Source: an uncultured Chloroflexia bacterium (GTDB lineage Bacteria > Chloroflexota > Anaerolineae > CG2-30-64-16). From it: a stretch of DNA of 64,000 nt. Positions 39,964 through 51,814 of the stretch are shown in pieces. The first letter of the stretch is position 1, and each line of letters opens with the position of its first letter. The notes beneath the pieces were generated by a model. It saw only the letters and a program-made list of their open reading frames with translations, did not search any database and was not told where the DNA came from. Position numbers and translations under genes: made by a program. Location: the NCBI GenBank assembly GCA_963774265.1, contig CAVZDU010000002.1:384001-448000 (forward strand). The letters run 5' to 3'.

Positions 39964-41261
39964 TGTTCGACGCCATTACGAACACACTGAGGCAGCGCAC
40001 CGATCTGCTCGGGTGGACGCTGCGCCACATCACCAGCCGCGGCTCGCAGCTTTACGCGGTGCCCGGCGCGGTCGAAGCAGTTCGGGATGTTATGGACGAG
40101 CGGTACGTGATCGACGTGTTGCGCGACACCGCTGCCCCTGGGGGTGAGCCGACCGTCGGCGCTGGCAACATCACGCTGCTGCCCGGCGCGGACATCAACG
40201 CAGCGATCGATGCTGCGGCGCTGCACGCAGGGTTGGTCCGCAACCGGCCCTACGGCCTGGCCGCGCCTGCCCCCCTGCCCGATGTGCCGCTGCTCGATGA
40301 AATACTCCGCGGCGACATGCCTGGCGAACTGGCCGCCGCGCACCGGCAGTTGAAGGACGCGGTGGACCAGCAGCCCGCTGTGCGCATGACGGCGGCAGAG
40401 CTCTTTGCCGAGGAAAAATCGGTGAGGCTGCGCAACAGCCGCGGGATCGACGCCAGCCAAACAGGCACATCGATGAAAGTGGAGTGGGTGCTCCTGGCCC
40501 GAGACGGCGAGCGCGAGGTTGAGACATTCGCCGAGATGCAGCGCCGGCGGCTGGCCGATCTGCACCTGCAGGAGGTGGTGGCAGAGCGGTCCAGGTGGAC
40601 ACGCGACCTGCTCGCCGCCCAGGCCCCTCCCGATCACGCGGGCGCAGTGGTCCTGCGGGGCTCGGCGCTTGCCGAATTCATGGACAGCGGCGTGATCCAG
40701 CACCTTGGATCCGCATCAGCCAAGTTCTCAAAGTCAAGCACCTGGGAAATCGGCAAGAGCGTTTTCACTGGACCTGTAACCGGCGACGTGCTGACCGTCT
40801 GGGCGAATCGCCAGGCATCCTATGGGGTTGCCGCGGATCGTTTTGACGGCGAGGGCATCCCGAGCCAGCGACTTCTCTTGATCGAGGACAATCGCCTGGC
40901 GGCATTCAGCGCCGGACAACGCTACTCTGAGTACCTCCATATTCCGGCGACCGGCGAATTCGGCGTCATCGAGGTCGCCCCAGGCCAGACGGCGGAGACC
41001 GATCTGCGATCCGGAAACCATGTAGAGATTGCTGCCTTCTCCTGGTTCAACCCCGATGAGGTGACCGGCGATTTCGCTTGCGAGATCCGACTGGGCTATA
41101 CGGTGACCGGCGGCAGGCGTGTGCCCTTCAAAGGCGGGCAGCTCATCGGCAACTATCTTGATGCGCTATCTGCCGCACGGTGGAGTCGGGAAACGGGTTT
41201 CCATGGAACCTATCTGGGCCCAATCGCAGTACGCTTTGAGAAGCTGACAGTGGCAGCATAA
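39963..41261 (+). CDS. TldE/PmbA-family partner protein
   Basis: RNSRG, FDGEG.P...LIE and NPDEVTGDF; no HExxH; start overlaps the tldD stop. Confidence 0.85.
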   Translation: MFDAITNTLRQRTDLLGWTLRHITSRGSQLYAVPGAVEAVRDVMDERYVIDVLRDTAAPGGEPTVGAGNITLLPGADINAAIDAAALHAGLVRNRPYGLAAPAPLPDVPLLDEILRGDMPGELAAAHRQLKDAVDQQPAVRMTAAELFAEEKSVRLRNSRGIDASQTGTSMKVEWVLLARDGEREVETFAEMQRRRLADLHLQEVVAERSRWTRDLLAAQAPPDHAGAVVLRGSALAEFMDSGVIQHLGSASAKFSKSSTWEIGKSVFTGPVTGDVLTVWANRQASYGVAADRFDGEGIPSQRLLLIEDNRLAAFSAGQRYSEYLHIPATGEFGVIEVAPGQTAETDLRSGNHVEIAAFSWFNPDEVTGDFACEIRLGYTVTGGRRVPFKGGQLIGNYLDALSAARWSRETGFHGTYLGPIAVRFEKLTVAA

Positions 41262-41330
41262 CATCCCGGCAGGGGGAGTGGCTGGCGGAACCGTTCTGCC
41301 CCATGCTACGTAATATAGGCAGAATTGGTT

Positions 41331-43950
41331 ATGCACACGGTCCGAATTCGCAAGTTACACATCGTCATCGCGCTGTTAGCGATCCTCCTGAGCGCAGGCG
41401 CCGCGGTGATCGCGCGCCTGCCCCGTCTCGACGCGCACCTACAGAAGCCCACAACCCCGAGCATCCTGATCACCGATCGGCACGGACGGGTCCTATACGA
41501 GGCCATCGATCCGCTGGGGAACAAACATGTCCCACTATCCCTCGCGGAGATTCCTCGCGCTTGCCAACAGGCCACCATCGCGACAGAAGATGCCCGCTTC
41601 TACAGCCACCCTGGCGTCGATCCCATTGCTATCGTACGCCGCGCTCTGGCTGAATTTGCGCGCGGGAGAGACCGTGTCCGGCGCCAGCACGCTCACACAG
41701 CAACTTGCACGCAACCTGCTCCTGCCCGAGGGCGAACGGTACGAGCAGTCCCTGGCCCGGAAGGTGCGAGAGGCGTGGCTGGCCTGGCAGCTCGAGCGCA
41801 AATACTCGAAAGATGAGTTGCTGGCCCTTTATCTCAACACCACCTACTACGGCCACTACGCGACCGGCATCGAGGCGGCCGGCCAGGCGTACTTCGGGGC
41901 GCACGCGGGCGAATTGGACCTGGCGCAGTGCGCGCTGCTGGCCGGGCTTCCGCAGTGGCCCGCCGGGTATAACCCGATCGAGAACCTCGACCGCGCGCGC
42001 GAACGACAAGCTACGGTGCTGCGCCTGATGGCCGAACAAGGAAACATCTCGGCCGGGCAGGCCGAGGAGGCGGCGAACGAGGACCTCCTTTTCGCCAGCA
42101 GTCCCTTTCCAATCCTCGCGCCTCACTTCGTCATGGCCGTGCAAAGCCAACTGGAAATGATTCTCCCCCCCGAGCGGATTGCAGCAGGCGGGTTGCGCGT
42201 GACGACCACACTCGACCTGGACTGGCAGGCCGCGGGAGAAGGCGCAGTTCGGCGGCAGATGGCGCAACTGCGACCTTGCGCCATGGTCGAAGGAGGCTCG
42301 CCGGGGGTGACCTGTGACCTCAACGCCGACCCCAGCCGGCGAATCGAGAACGCGGCACTTCTTGCGCTGGACCCAGCCACGGGGGCCATTCGCACGATGG
42401 TTGGAAGCCCCGACTACTTCGATGCGGCCACCAGCGGGGCGGTGAACGCAGCATTAGCGCAGCGGCAGCCGGGGTCCACGATCAAACCCCTCACCTACAG
42501 CCTGGCACTGGATCCTCAGGCGGCAGGCAGGGCCGGACGAACAGCCTGGACGCCTGCCACGATCATCCCGGACATTCGTACGTCGTTCGTCACGGCTGAG
42601 GGGAATCCCTACGTGCCGAACAACTACGACCGGCGCTATCACGGCCCTGTCACGTTGCGAACCGCGCTGGCGAACAGCTACAACATCCCCGCGGTCCAGA
42701 CCCTCCACGCGGTCGGGATCGAGAACCTCATCGACCTGGCCCGCAGCTTCGGGATACCGTGGCAGCGAGACATCGCTGCAGGCGAAGGGCAGGCCGCGCG
42801 TTATGGACTCTCGCTCACCCTGGGCGGCGGCGAGGTGCGTCTGGTCGATCTGGCAGGAGCGTACGCGATCTTTGCCAATGGGGGAACTCGCGTCGATCCG
42901 TATGCGATCGAGCGCGTCACAACCCTGGATGGCGAGGAGATCTGGAATCACGCGAGCGGCGCCAGCGGCGATGACCCGGGCCCGGCGGCAGACCGGGCGC
43001 GCGTGCTGGACGAGCGCGTCGCGTTCCTGATCACGAATATCCTCAGCGACGATGTGGCGCGCCAACCCGCCTTCGGCCAGGGGAGCAGCCTGAACATCGG
43101 CAGGCCAGCTGCAGCCAAGACCGGCACGACAACCGATTGGCGGGACAACTGGACGGTGGGTTATACGCCCGAAGTCGTGACAGGTGTTTGGGTGGGCAAC
43201 GCGGACAACACCCCGATGAAAAGCGTCAGTGGGATCACGGGCGCTGGTCCGATCTGGCATGAGTTCATGACTGCAGTGCTGGCCGGACAGCCGGCAACCG
43301 CATTCACCGTCCCCGACGGCGTGATCGAGTTGGAGGTCTGTGCGGACTCCGGCCTCCTGCCGGGCGAGGCCAATTTCCTGGGGGCAGACGGAGCGGAACA
43401 ACGCGTGCCATGCCCGCAACGGCGGCGAGAATGGTTCATCGAGGGCACAGCACCCGGCAAGATCGACCAGGAACATGTACGCGTCATGATCGACCCGCAG
43501 ACGGGCCAGGTGGCAGGTCCGCAGGCGCCTGGGGCTCAGCCCCAGGTCTTCTGGGTTTTGGGACCGGAATATGGGGCGTGGGCACGCGAGAACAACTTCC
43601 CACAGCTGCCCTCGAGCCTGGCCCGCGATCGTTCGGCGCAGGCGTTGGACCAGCAGGGGAACGCCCAAGGCCTGTTGCGCCTGGTGAGCCCTGACCCGAA
43701 CCGGTCCTTGCGAATCGACCCGGGCCTGCCCCGCAGCGCACAGCAGATTCCTGTGACGGCGCTGCCCGCGTTTGACGTTGTTGGCGGCGTGACACTATCG
43801 GTGAACGGGAGAACCCTGGCGGTCGTCGATGGGCCGGAGTATACCGCCTGGTGGACGCTGGAGGCGGGACAGTATGTGTTTGGCGCCCGGGCCGAACGCG
43901 GTGACGGGAGCGTCGTAGCCAGCCCAGATGTGGTTGTGTTGGTTGAATAG
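41331..43950 (+). CDS. pbpC: Penicillin-binding protein 1C (transglycosylase/transpeptidase), frameshift at ~41640
   Basis: TEDARFYSHPGVD, GASTLTQQLARN, RKVRE, GSTIKP, SYN and KTGT; C-terminal Ig-like domain; extra C in CGCCGCG; adjacent to alpha-2-macroglobulin. Confidence 0.88.
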
Positions 43951-44096
43951 CGGTGACGTGTGCGAGATGTGGGAACCAGGGCCGTATGAGAAGCGTCAAA
44001 AATCAGGTAGCCGTGGCAATTCTGCCGCGGGCCGACTATCACTGTTCCTCAAATGCTGTCGCCCAAAAGCCGGGTGGCTTTAAGTCGGAGGTGGTC

Positions 44097-47000
44097 ATGC
44101 ACAATCAAACGGGTCATCGTCTGTTATCCATCGTTGCGATCTTCGTCCTCGTTACGTTGACGGCGTGCAGCGGCAAGGCGACGCCGGGGGCAGGATCGGC
44201 CGAGACGGCCCCTGGCCTCACGGCACAAAGCGTGGCGTCGACCGTGCCGGCGGCACAGACCGTGCCCGCGGTGTCCGCCGCATCGTCTCCCGTCCCCACT
44301 CCGACGCGCCCCCCGTTGCCGCCCACAGTGGTCAGCGTCAAGCCAGATCGCGGCGAAGAGCAATTCATCGCCGCACCGGTGGTCGTTACATTCGACCAAC
44401 CCATGGATCCGGCAAGCACCGGCAGCGCGTTCAGCATCGAACCCAAGGTGCCCGGGGAGGTCGAGGTCAGCGGGAACCAGCTCACTTTCACTCCGATGGA
44501 ACGCCTGGAGCGGAGCAAAGAGTACCGCGTGACGCTGGCAGCCAATGCAACGAGCACATCCGGCCTCAGGCTACAAGGCGATCTATCCTTCAAGTTCACT
44601 ACGGCCGGGTTCCTTGGCGTGTCCAGCACTCAGCCGGCGCACGGAGCGAGCGACGTACCCGCGGACAGCACGCTCACGGTCGCGTTCAATCGGCCCGTTG
44701 TACCCCTGACGGGTGTGGACGACCAGGCCAAGCTGCCTCAGCCGCTGGTCATCACCCCAACAGTCACAGGCAAGGGCGAATGGATCGGCACCAGCATGTA
44801 CCGATTTGCCCCAATCAAGGGCCTGGCAGCATCGACGACCTACAGTGTCACCGTCGAGGCAGGGCTGGAAGACACGACCGGCGGCGTGCTCGCGGAGCCA
44901 TATACGTTCTCCTTCCGAACCACCGATCCCGCGATCCTCCGCTGGACTCCCGAAAACCTGATGGGCGTGCGCATCGAGATGCCGATTTCGGTCACCTTCT
45001 CGATGCCGATGGACAAGGCCAGCACCGAGACTGCGTTCGGCCTGCTTGATCCAGACGGCAAGGCGGTCGAAGGGACATTCAATTGGAACGAGAATGCTAC
45101 AGAATTGGGCTTCAAACCGACGGAGGTGCTGAAGTTTGGCGCACGCTATCGCGCGGCCGTAACGACCAGCGCAAAGGCAGCCAACGGAGAAGGGAACCTG
45201 CGAGAAGCAGGCGGGGTGACCCTCGACACGGTGACGCTGCCGCGCGTCTCGAGCACTGAGCCGAGTAATGGCAACCAGAAGGCACGGCCCGACCAGGCGG
45301 TTCGATTTCAATTCTCGTCCATCATGAATCCGGCGAGCTTTGTGACGGGCACGATCACGATCCTGCCCAAGCCGACGCGTGTCGTCACCTACTACAATGA
45401 CTACGAAAGCTCGCTGTTCGTGGATTTCGCCAAAACGCCTGCGACGAACTACACGGTCACCCTCTCCGGCAAGCTGGCGGATCCATACGGCAACACCCTG
45501 GGCCAGGACTACGCGCTCAAGTTCCGCACCGGTGACCTCGAACCGCTGATGCAGCTCAACAATCAGCAGCAATTCGGGACCTACAGTGCATACACACACA
45601 CGCAAGCCGTCGTTCTCTACCGCAACATCCCTGAAGTAAAGTTCGAGTTGTACCGCGTGCCCATCGACGACCTTGTACGGCTGACCGGCCGTGAGTACTG
45701 GCAGGTCTGGGACCTATACAGACCCACGGCGGATGCGCTCGTTCGGCAGTGGACGGCGCAGACCCAGGCTGCCCGCAACGAGCGCGGCTTTCTCCGGGAG
45801 CCGCTGGCCGACGCGAATGGCGAGGAGCTGCCGCCGGGTGTGTATCACCTGCAAGTGTCAGGCGCGCTGACCGGCGGGCAACGTCCCCCCCGACAACTCA
45901 TCGTGCGCACCGACCTCAATGTGACTCTCAAGTCGAGCGCCAACGGCGCCCTGGCCTGGGTCACCGACCTGAAGTCAGGGCTGCCCGTGGCAGGTGTGTC
46001 GGTTCGCTTCACCGACGGCAAGAACGATGTGAGCGCAACGACGGACCGGGATGGTGTGGCGACCGCGAAGCTCCCGTCGACCAGAAGGCCGTGGGATGGC
46101 TTCATCGCCGTTGCAAGCGGCCCGGATGATGCCTTCGGCGTCGCGTCCTCCAACTGGCAGGAAGGCATTGGCGCGTGGGAGTTTGGCGTGTCTTCGGGGG
46201 GCGACGTCCAACCCTATATCGGTTATGTCTACACCGACCGCCCCATCTATCGACCCGGCCAAACGATGTATTGGAAGGCGATCATCCGCCGCGACGACGA
46301 CGCCCGCTATAGCCTGCCCGCACCCGGCGCGCCTGTCACCGTGACGATCAACGACGACCAGGGGAACATGGTTTCGCAGCAGCGCCTGACCCTGAATCCG
46401 CTCGGCGCAGTGGACGGCAGCCTGGAACTCGGACCGGAGGCCTCTCTCGGCTATTACTACATGAACGTGCGCATGACCGAAGAGGTCAATTTCGGCATTG
46501 GCTTCCAGGTGGCTGAGTACCGCAAGCCCGAATACGAGGTCAGCGCAAAAACGGACAAGGTCGAGTACGTTCAGGGCGAACAGATGCAGGTGACTGCGGA
46601 GGCCAGCTATTTCTTCGGTGGCCCGGTCAAGAATGCCCGGGTGCGCTGGACATTGATGACGGCAAACGCTTATTTCGACTATCGAGGCGCCGGCTGGTAC
46701 AGCTTCTCCGACTTTGAGTGGTGGGACACGTCGCAGATCGGGCCCTTCGGGGGCATGGTGAGCCAGGGTGAAGTGCGCACGGACGACCAGGGCCTCGCCA
46801 CTTTCACGGTCCCTGCCGATATCAGCAAGTTCAAGAGCAGCCAGCGCTTTACGGTTGACATCACCATTCAGGACGCGAACAACCAGGCCGTGTCAACCCA
46901 GGCCTCAGCGGTTGTGCACAAGGGCGCGTTCTACATCGGGCTCGCGCCGCGCGGCTATGTGCTGCAGGCGGGCGAAAAGGGCCAGGTTGACGTGTTGACC

Positions 47001-50000
47001 ATCGACCCACAGGGCAAACCTGCCCCCCGCACGCGCGTTGAGTTAGTGCTGAGCCGGGTCGAGTGGCTGAGCGTGCGCGAACAATTGGAGGATGGGCAGT
47101 TTTACTGGGTTACGCGGCCCACGAAGACGGGCGTGCTCACAAAGACACTCACAACCGATGCAAATGGCGCGGGGGTCCTGGACTGGACGCCCTCCACTCC
47201 GGGCGAGTATAAGGTCGACGCCACGGCGCGGGACGCCCAGGGCAACCACATTCGCAGCGGCGCGTACATATGGGTGAGCGGCGAAGATTACGTCGCCTGG
47301 CGGCAGGAAAACAACGACCGCATCAAGCTGGTCGCGGATAAGGACGAGTACGAGGTCGGCGACACGGCTGAGGTGCTGATTCCCAGCCCCTACCAGGGCG
47401 AAGTCAAGGCGCTCGTCACGATCGAACGCGGCCGCGTCATCAGCCACCAGGTGATCGATCTGAACACGAACAGCGAGGTGCTGCGCGTGCCGATCACGGC
47501 GGACCTTGTCCCCAACGCCTTTGTGTCGGTCGTCATCGTCAAGGGGATCGATGAGGCCAGCCCGGCGCCCTCGTTCAAGATGGGCCTCGTGCAGCTCAAG
47601 GTTTCGACAAAGGAGCGCCAGCTACAGGTCGTCGTGACCCCGCGCATTACCGGCGCCAGCGGGCAGCAGACGACGACCGTGACCCCGCGCGCAACGGTGA
47701 TATGGGACGTGCAGACACTGGATGCGAACGGCAAAGGCGTATCCGCCGATGTCTCGCTGGCGCTGATCGATAAGGCCGTACTGACGCTGGCTACGGACCA
47801 GGCAGGTGCGATCCTCGACCGCTTCTACAGCCAGCGCAACCTGGGCGTGCAGACCGGCCTCACGCTGGTCCTAAACATCGACCGGCTCGTGGCGCAGCTG
47901 GCAGCCGAGGGTAAGGGCGGCGGCGGTGGCGGGGGCGGCGGCGGTGCGGAAGTCCGCACGGAGTTCCCCGACATCGCCTTCTGGCGCGCATCCTTGCAAA
48001 CCGATGAGAACGGCAAGGCGACAGCCGAAGTGACGCTGCCCGACAATCTGACCACGTGGGTCATGGACGCTCGCGCTGCGACGGAAGACACGCGCGTCGG
48101 ACAGTCGACCACCGAGGTAGTCGCCACCAAAGAGCTGCTGATCCGGCCCGTGTTGCCGCGGTTTTTTGTCGCGGGTGACCGGGCAGAGATCGCCGCCGTG
48201 ATTCACAACACGACGGTTAGCGACCTCCAGGTGGCCTATAAGGCAACGGCCGAGGGCCTGAAGCTGCCCGGCGAGACGAGCCGCACCGTAACCATCCCGG
48301 CCGGCGGCACATATAAGGCTGTGTGGCCGGCGGAGGCAGTGGCCGAGGGCGAGGAGATCGTGGTCACCATGCAAGCCGAGGCAGCGACCGCCAGCCTGGC
48401 TGACGCAGTGGAGATCACACTGCCCGTCCTGCGCTACACGACGCCCGAAACCGTCGGCACCAGCGGACAAGTGGAGGTGGACCGGGACGTGCTCGAATTG
48501 GTGCGCCTCCCCGCAAATGCAGACCCGACGCGCGGCGAGCTTCAGGTCAACATCGAGCCGAGCCTGGCTGCAGGCATGCTGGGAGGACTCACCTACCTGG
48601 AGCACTACCCGTATGAGTGCGTCGAGCAGACAATGAGCCGGTTCCTGCCCAACGTGGTGACGTTCTCCGCGCTGAAGACGCTAGGCATTTCGCGGCCGGA
48701 CCTGGATGCCAGACTGCCGCAGCAGGTCGGCGTCGGATTGCAGCGCATCTACGCCAGGCAGCACATCGACGGCGGCTGGGGGTGGTGGGCCAACGACCGG
48801 AGCAACCCGGCGATCACCGCTTACGTCGTCTTCGGCCTGACCAGGGCCAAGCAGGCAGACTTCACGGTCGACGAGGGCGTGCTGGACCTCGGCATCGCGT
48901 ACCTGCGACGCACGTTGAAGGCGCCGGATCAATTGAAAGACTGGGAGCTGAACCGCCAGGCATTCACGCTGTACGCGCTGGCTGAAGCGGGCCAGAAGGA
49001 GCCGAACCGCGTGGGTGCACTCTTTGAGGTCAGGGAGCGGCTTGGCAACTTCGGCAAAGCCTACCTGGCCCTCGCCCTCCATCTGATCGATGACCAGGCC
49101 GCGCCAACGCGCATCAAGACCCTCCTGGCGGATCTGTCCGGGCAGGCAATCACCAGCGCCACCTCGGCGCACTGGGAGGAAGGTGCGCCGGACTACTGGA
49201 ATATGAACACGAATACGCGCAGCACGGCGATCGTCATCGACGCGTTGGCCAGGCTGGATCCGCAAGGCTCCGCCACTTCGCTGGGCCCGAACGCGGTGCG
49301 CTGGCTGATGAGCGCGCGCACGGCGAATCGCTGGGAGACCACGCAGGACAACGCATGGGCAATCATCGCCCTGACGGACTGGATGGCTGCCACCGGCGAG
49401 CTGGAGGGCAATTACGACTGGCAGGTGCAGCTGAACGGGCAGACGTTGGGACGGGGCACGGTGACGCCGCAGAACGTCGAGCAGGTGACCTCGCTCCGGG
49501 CGGACATCAAACAACTGCTCCTCGACCAGACGAATGGGCTGGTGCTCGAACGCACCGCGGGCGCGGGGCAGACCGGCGGCGGGCAAATGTACTATACCGC
49601 GCACCTGAAGACCTATGCGCCGGTGCAGGATATCCAGCCGATGAACCGCGGTTTCGCTGTAAGCCGCGAATACCGGCTGGCCGATTGCAGCAAGGTTGAT
49701 CCGAAAGCCGAGTGTCCTACTATCACCTCGGCAAAAGTGGGAGACGTGATCCAGGTGAAGGTCTCGTTGGTGGTCCCCCACTCATCGTACTATGTGATCG
49801 TGGAGGATCCGCTCCCGGCGGGCACGGAGGCGCTGGACACCAGCCTGCGCACGACGAGCCAGGCCGTAGAGGGTCCACAGATGCAGAAGGAAAGCGGCCA
49901 GGGCGCGACCAGCTTCGGCTGGTGGTGGACGCCGACACACGTCGAGTTGCGAGATGAGAAGACCGTGATGTTCGCGACGGACCTGGAATCCGGGGACTTA

Positions 50001-50130
50001 CGAGTTCACGTATACCATTCGCGCGAGCCTGCCGGGCACGTTCCTGACCCTGCCGGTGACGGCGTATCAGATGTACTTCCCTGAGGTGTGGGGCCGCGGT
50101 GCGGGGAGCACGTTTGAGGTGACAGAGTAG
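44097..50130 (+). CDS. Bacterial alpha-2-macroglobulin lipoprotein with N-terminal Ig-like (Big_5) repeats; frameshift at ~49993
   Basis: Lipobox LTAC, TDRPIYRPG, EYRKPE, LPDNLTTW, PRFF, thioester YPYECVEQ, DGGWGWW and EDPLPAG. An extra G in GGGG shifts the last ~45 codons (…QMYFPEVWGR…TAG 50130). Confidence 0.92.
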
Positions 50131-50135
50131 CTAGC

Positions 50136-50501
50136 TCACCCCATCGCCACGACGAACGCCAGCGCAAATCCGCCGTCGTGCGCGAGGCTGACCGCCCATT
50201 GAGTCAGCCCGCGCATGGCGGCGAGGTCCGCGGCGGCGCCGTGGAGGCGCAAGGCAGGGCAACGGCAATCGTCCTGGATCACCTCGATCTCGTGGAACGC
50301 GACGGCGCCGACCCCGGTGCCCAACGCCTTGGCCGCCGCTTCCTTGGCCGCCCAGCGCGCCGCAAGTGAATCGGCACGGCCGCCTGAGGCCGTGAGCTCG
50401 TCCTCAGTGAACACACGCCGAAGAAAACGCTCGCCGTGGCGGTCAATCGCCGCGGCGATGCGTTTTATTTCGACCAGATCGGCGCCAGCAACGAGTGCCA
50501 T
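50136..50501 (-). CDS. acpS: Holo-[acyl-carrier-protein] synthase
   Basis: GADLVEI.RI, RVFT..E, ARWAAKEA..KALGTG and SLAH. Confidence 0.92.
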   Translation of the reverse strand: MALVAGADLVEIKRIAAAIDRHGERFLRRVFTEDELTASGGRADSLAARWAAKEAAAKALGTGVGAVAFHEIEVIQDDCRCPALRLHGAAADLAAMRGLTQWAVSLAHDGGFALAFVVAMG

Positions 50502-50518
50502 ATCTCACGCAAGAATCG

Positions 50519-51814
50519 TCAGTCGCCGTTTGGACCGGCGAGCGCCAGGACATATGAAGAGGTGTCCAGGTACTTGCGCACGACCCGTTGGACCTCATCC
50601 GCGCTCTGCGATTGGATGATGTTGGGGTATCGCTCCAGGTAGTCCAGACCCAGGTTGTGCCACTCGATGTCGACCAGAAGGCTGGCGACGCCGTCATTGG
50701 TCTCCAGTTGAAGCGGCAGTGAGCCGGTAAGGTAATGCTTGCAGTCTTCCAGCTCCGCCTCGGGCACCACCTCGTCCTGCATCCGCTTCACCTCATCGAG
50801 CATCGCCCGCTGCGCGCGCTCGACATTTGCGGGGTTCACGCCGGCAATCGCCACCCAGGTGCCCGGCTCGCGGTCGCCACTCAGTCGCGAATAGGCATAA
50901 TAGGCCATGCCCTGCCGCTCACGCACGTTCGCGCCCAGCCGGCCCATCATCCCGAACACTCCCAGAACCGTGTTGGCCAGCCGCGCAGGGTCGAAATCTG
51001 GATCAAGGCGTCGCATGCCGGGCCAACCGATGATGAAGTCCGACTGAGTCTTCTCCGGCATGACTACTTGCCGCTTGCGGACCCCATTGCGATGGGCGAC
51101 GGGATCAAGCATCGCGCGAGCGGGGCGTTCGCCCTGCCAATCGCCGAAGGCCGCCTCGATCTTTCGCACTGCGTCTTCGGCTCGAACCGCGCCGACCACG
51201 GTGACGATCATCCCGGCGGGACGATAGAAGGTTTCGTAGAACTCCAGGATCTGGTCGCGCTTGATCGCAGCCAGCGACTCCCGCGTTCCGAGCATGTCCC
51301 GACCCAACGGGTGATCGCCAAACATCAATTCGCGGAAGGTGCGGCCGGCCATCTGGCGGGTGTCGTTCTCACGCTCAGCAAGCGTAGTGAAGCGCATACC
51401 CCGCACCCGCTCGACGTATTCTGTCGGAAACGACGGCGCGCGGAGCTCCTCTGCCAGCACGCCGAGCACCAAATCGAGGTCTTCGGCCAGCGACTTGGTG
51501 GAGAAATTCGTGATGTGCCGGTCAGAGCTGAAGCCGATCGAGGCCCCCACCCCTTCGATAATTTCGTTGATGTCGGTGAACGAGCGATGCCGCGTGCCGC
51601 GGCTCAGCATCGAAACGGCAAAAGACGCCAACCCAGGCAGGTTCGCAGGCTCATCCAGATTGCCCACGATCAGGTAGCCTTCAACCACGACCGATGGCGC
51701 ACTCCAGTTCTCGCGTGCGAGGACGGTGATGCCGTTGGGCAAGACCCGGCGCAGCGTGTCATCGGGGCTGGGCAGCGAGGTTTTCTTTACTGAAGCTGAT
51801 GATTCGTGATTCAT
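50519..51814 (-). CDS. M16 (pitrilysin) peptidase, non-catalytic subunit
   Basis: LPNGITV, GLA...ML.RGT (no HxxEH), RL..NVRERQGMAYY. Confidence 0.87.
   Translation of the reverse strand: MNHESSASVKKTSLPSPDDTLRRVLPNGITVLARENWSAPSVVVEGYLIVGNLDEPANLPGLASFAVSMLSRGTRHRSFTDINEIIEGVGASIGFSSDRHITNFSTKSLAEDLDLVLGVLAEELRAPSFPTEYVERVRGMRFTTLAERENDTRQMAGRTFRELMFGDHPLGRDMLGTRESLAAIKRDQILEFYETFYRPAGMIVTVVGAVRAEDAVRKIEAAFGDWQGERPARAMLDPVAHRNGVRKRQVVMPEKTQSDFIIGWPGMRRLDPDFDPARLANTVLGVFGMMGRLGANVRERQGMAYYAYSRLSGDREPGTWVAIAGVNPANVERAQRAMLDEVKRMQDEVVPEAELEDCKHYLTGSLPLQLETNDGVASLLVDIEWHNLGLDYLERYPNIIQSQSADEVQRVVRKYLDTSSYVLALAGPNGD

Noticed and set aside
34648-41261. RiPP gene cluster (ABC exporter, TldDE, small ORF)
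   Set aside because: The small ORF is a CoA-transferase tail; no YcaO, lanthipeptide or RiPP radical-SAM enzyme nearby. The SPASM protein is a sulfatase maturase.
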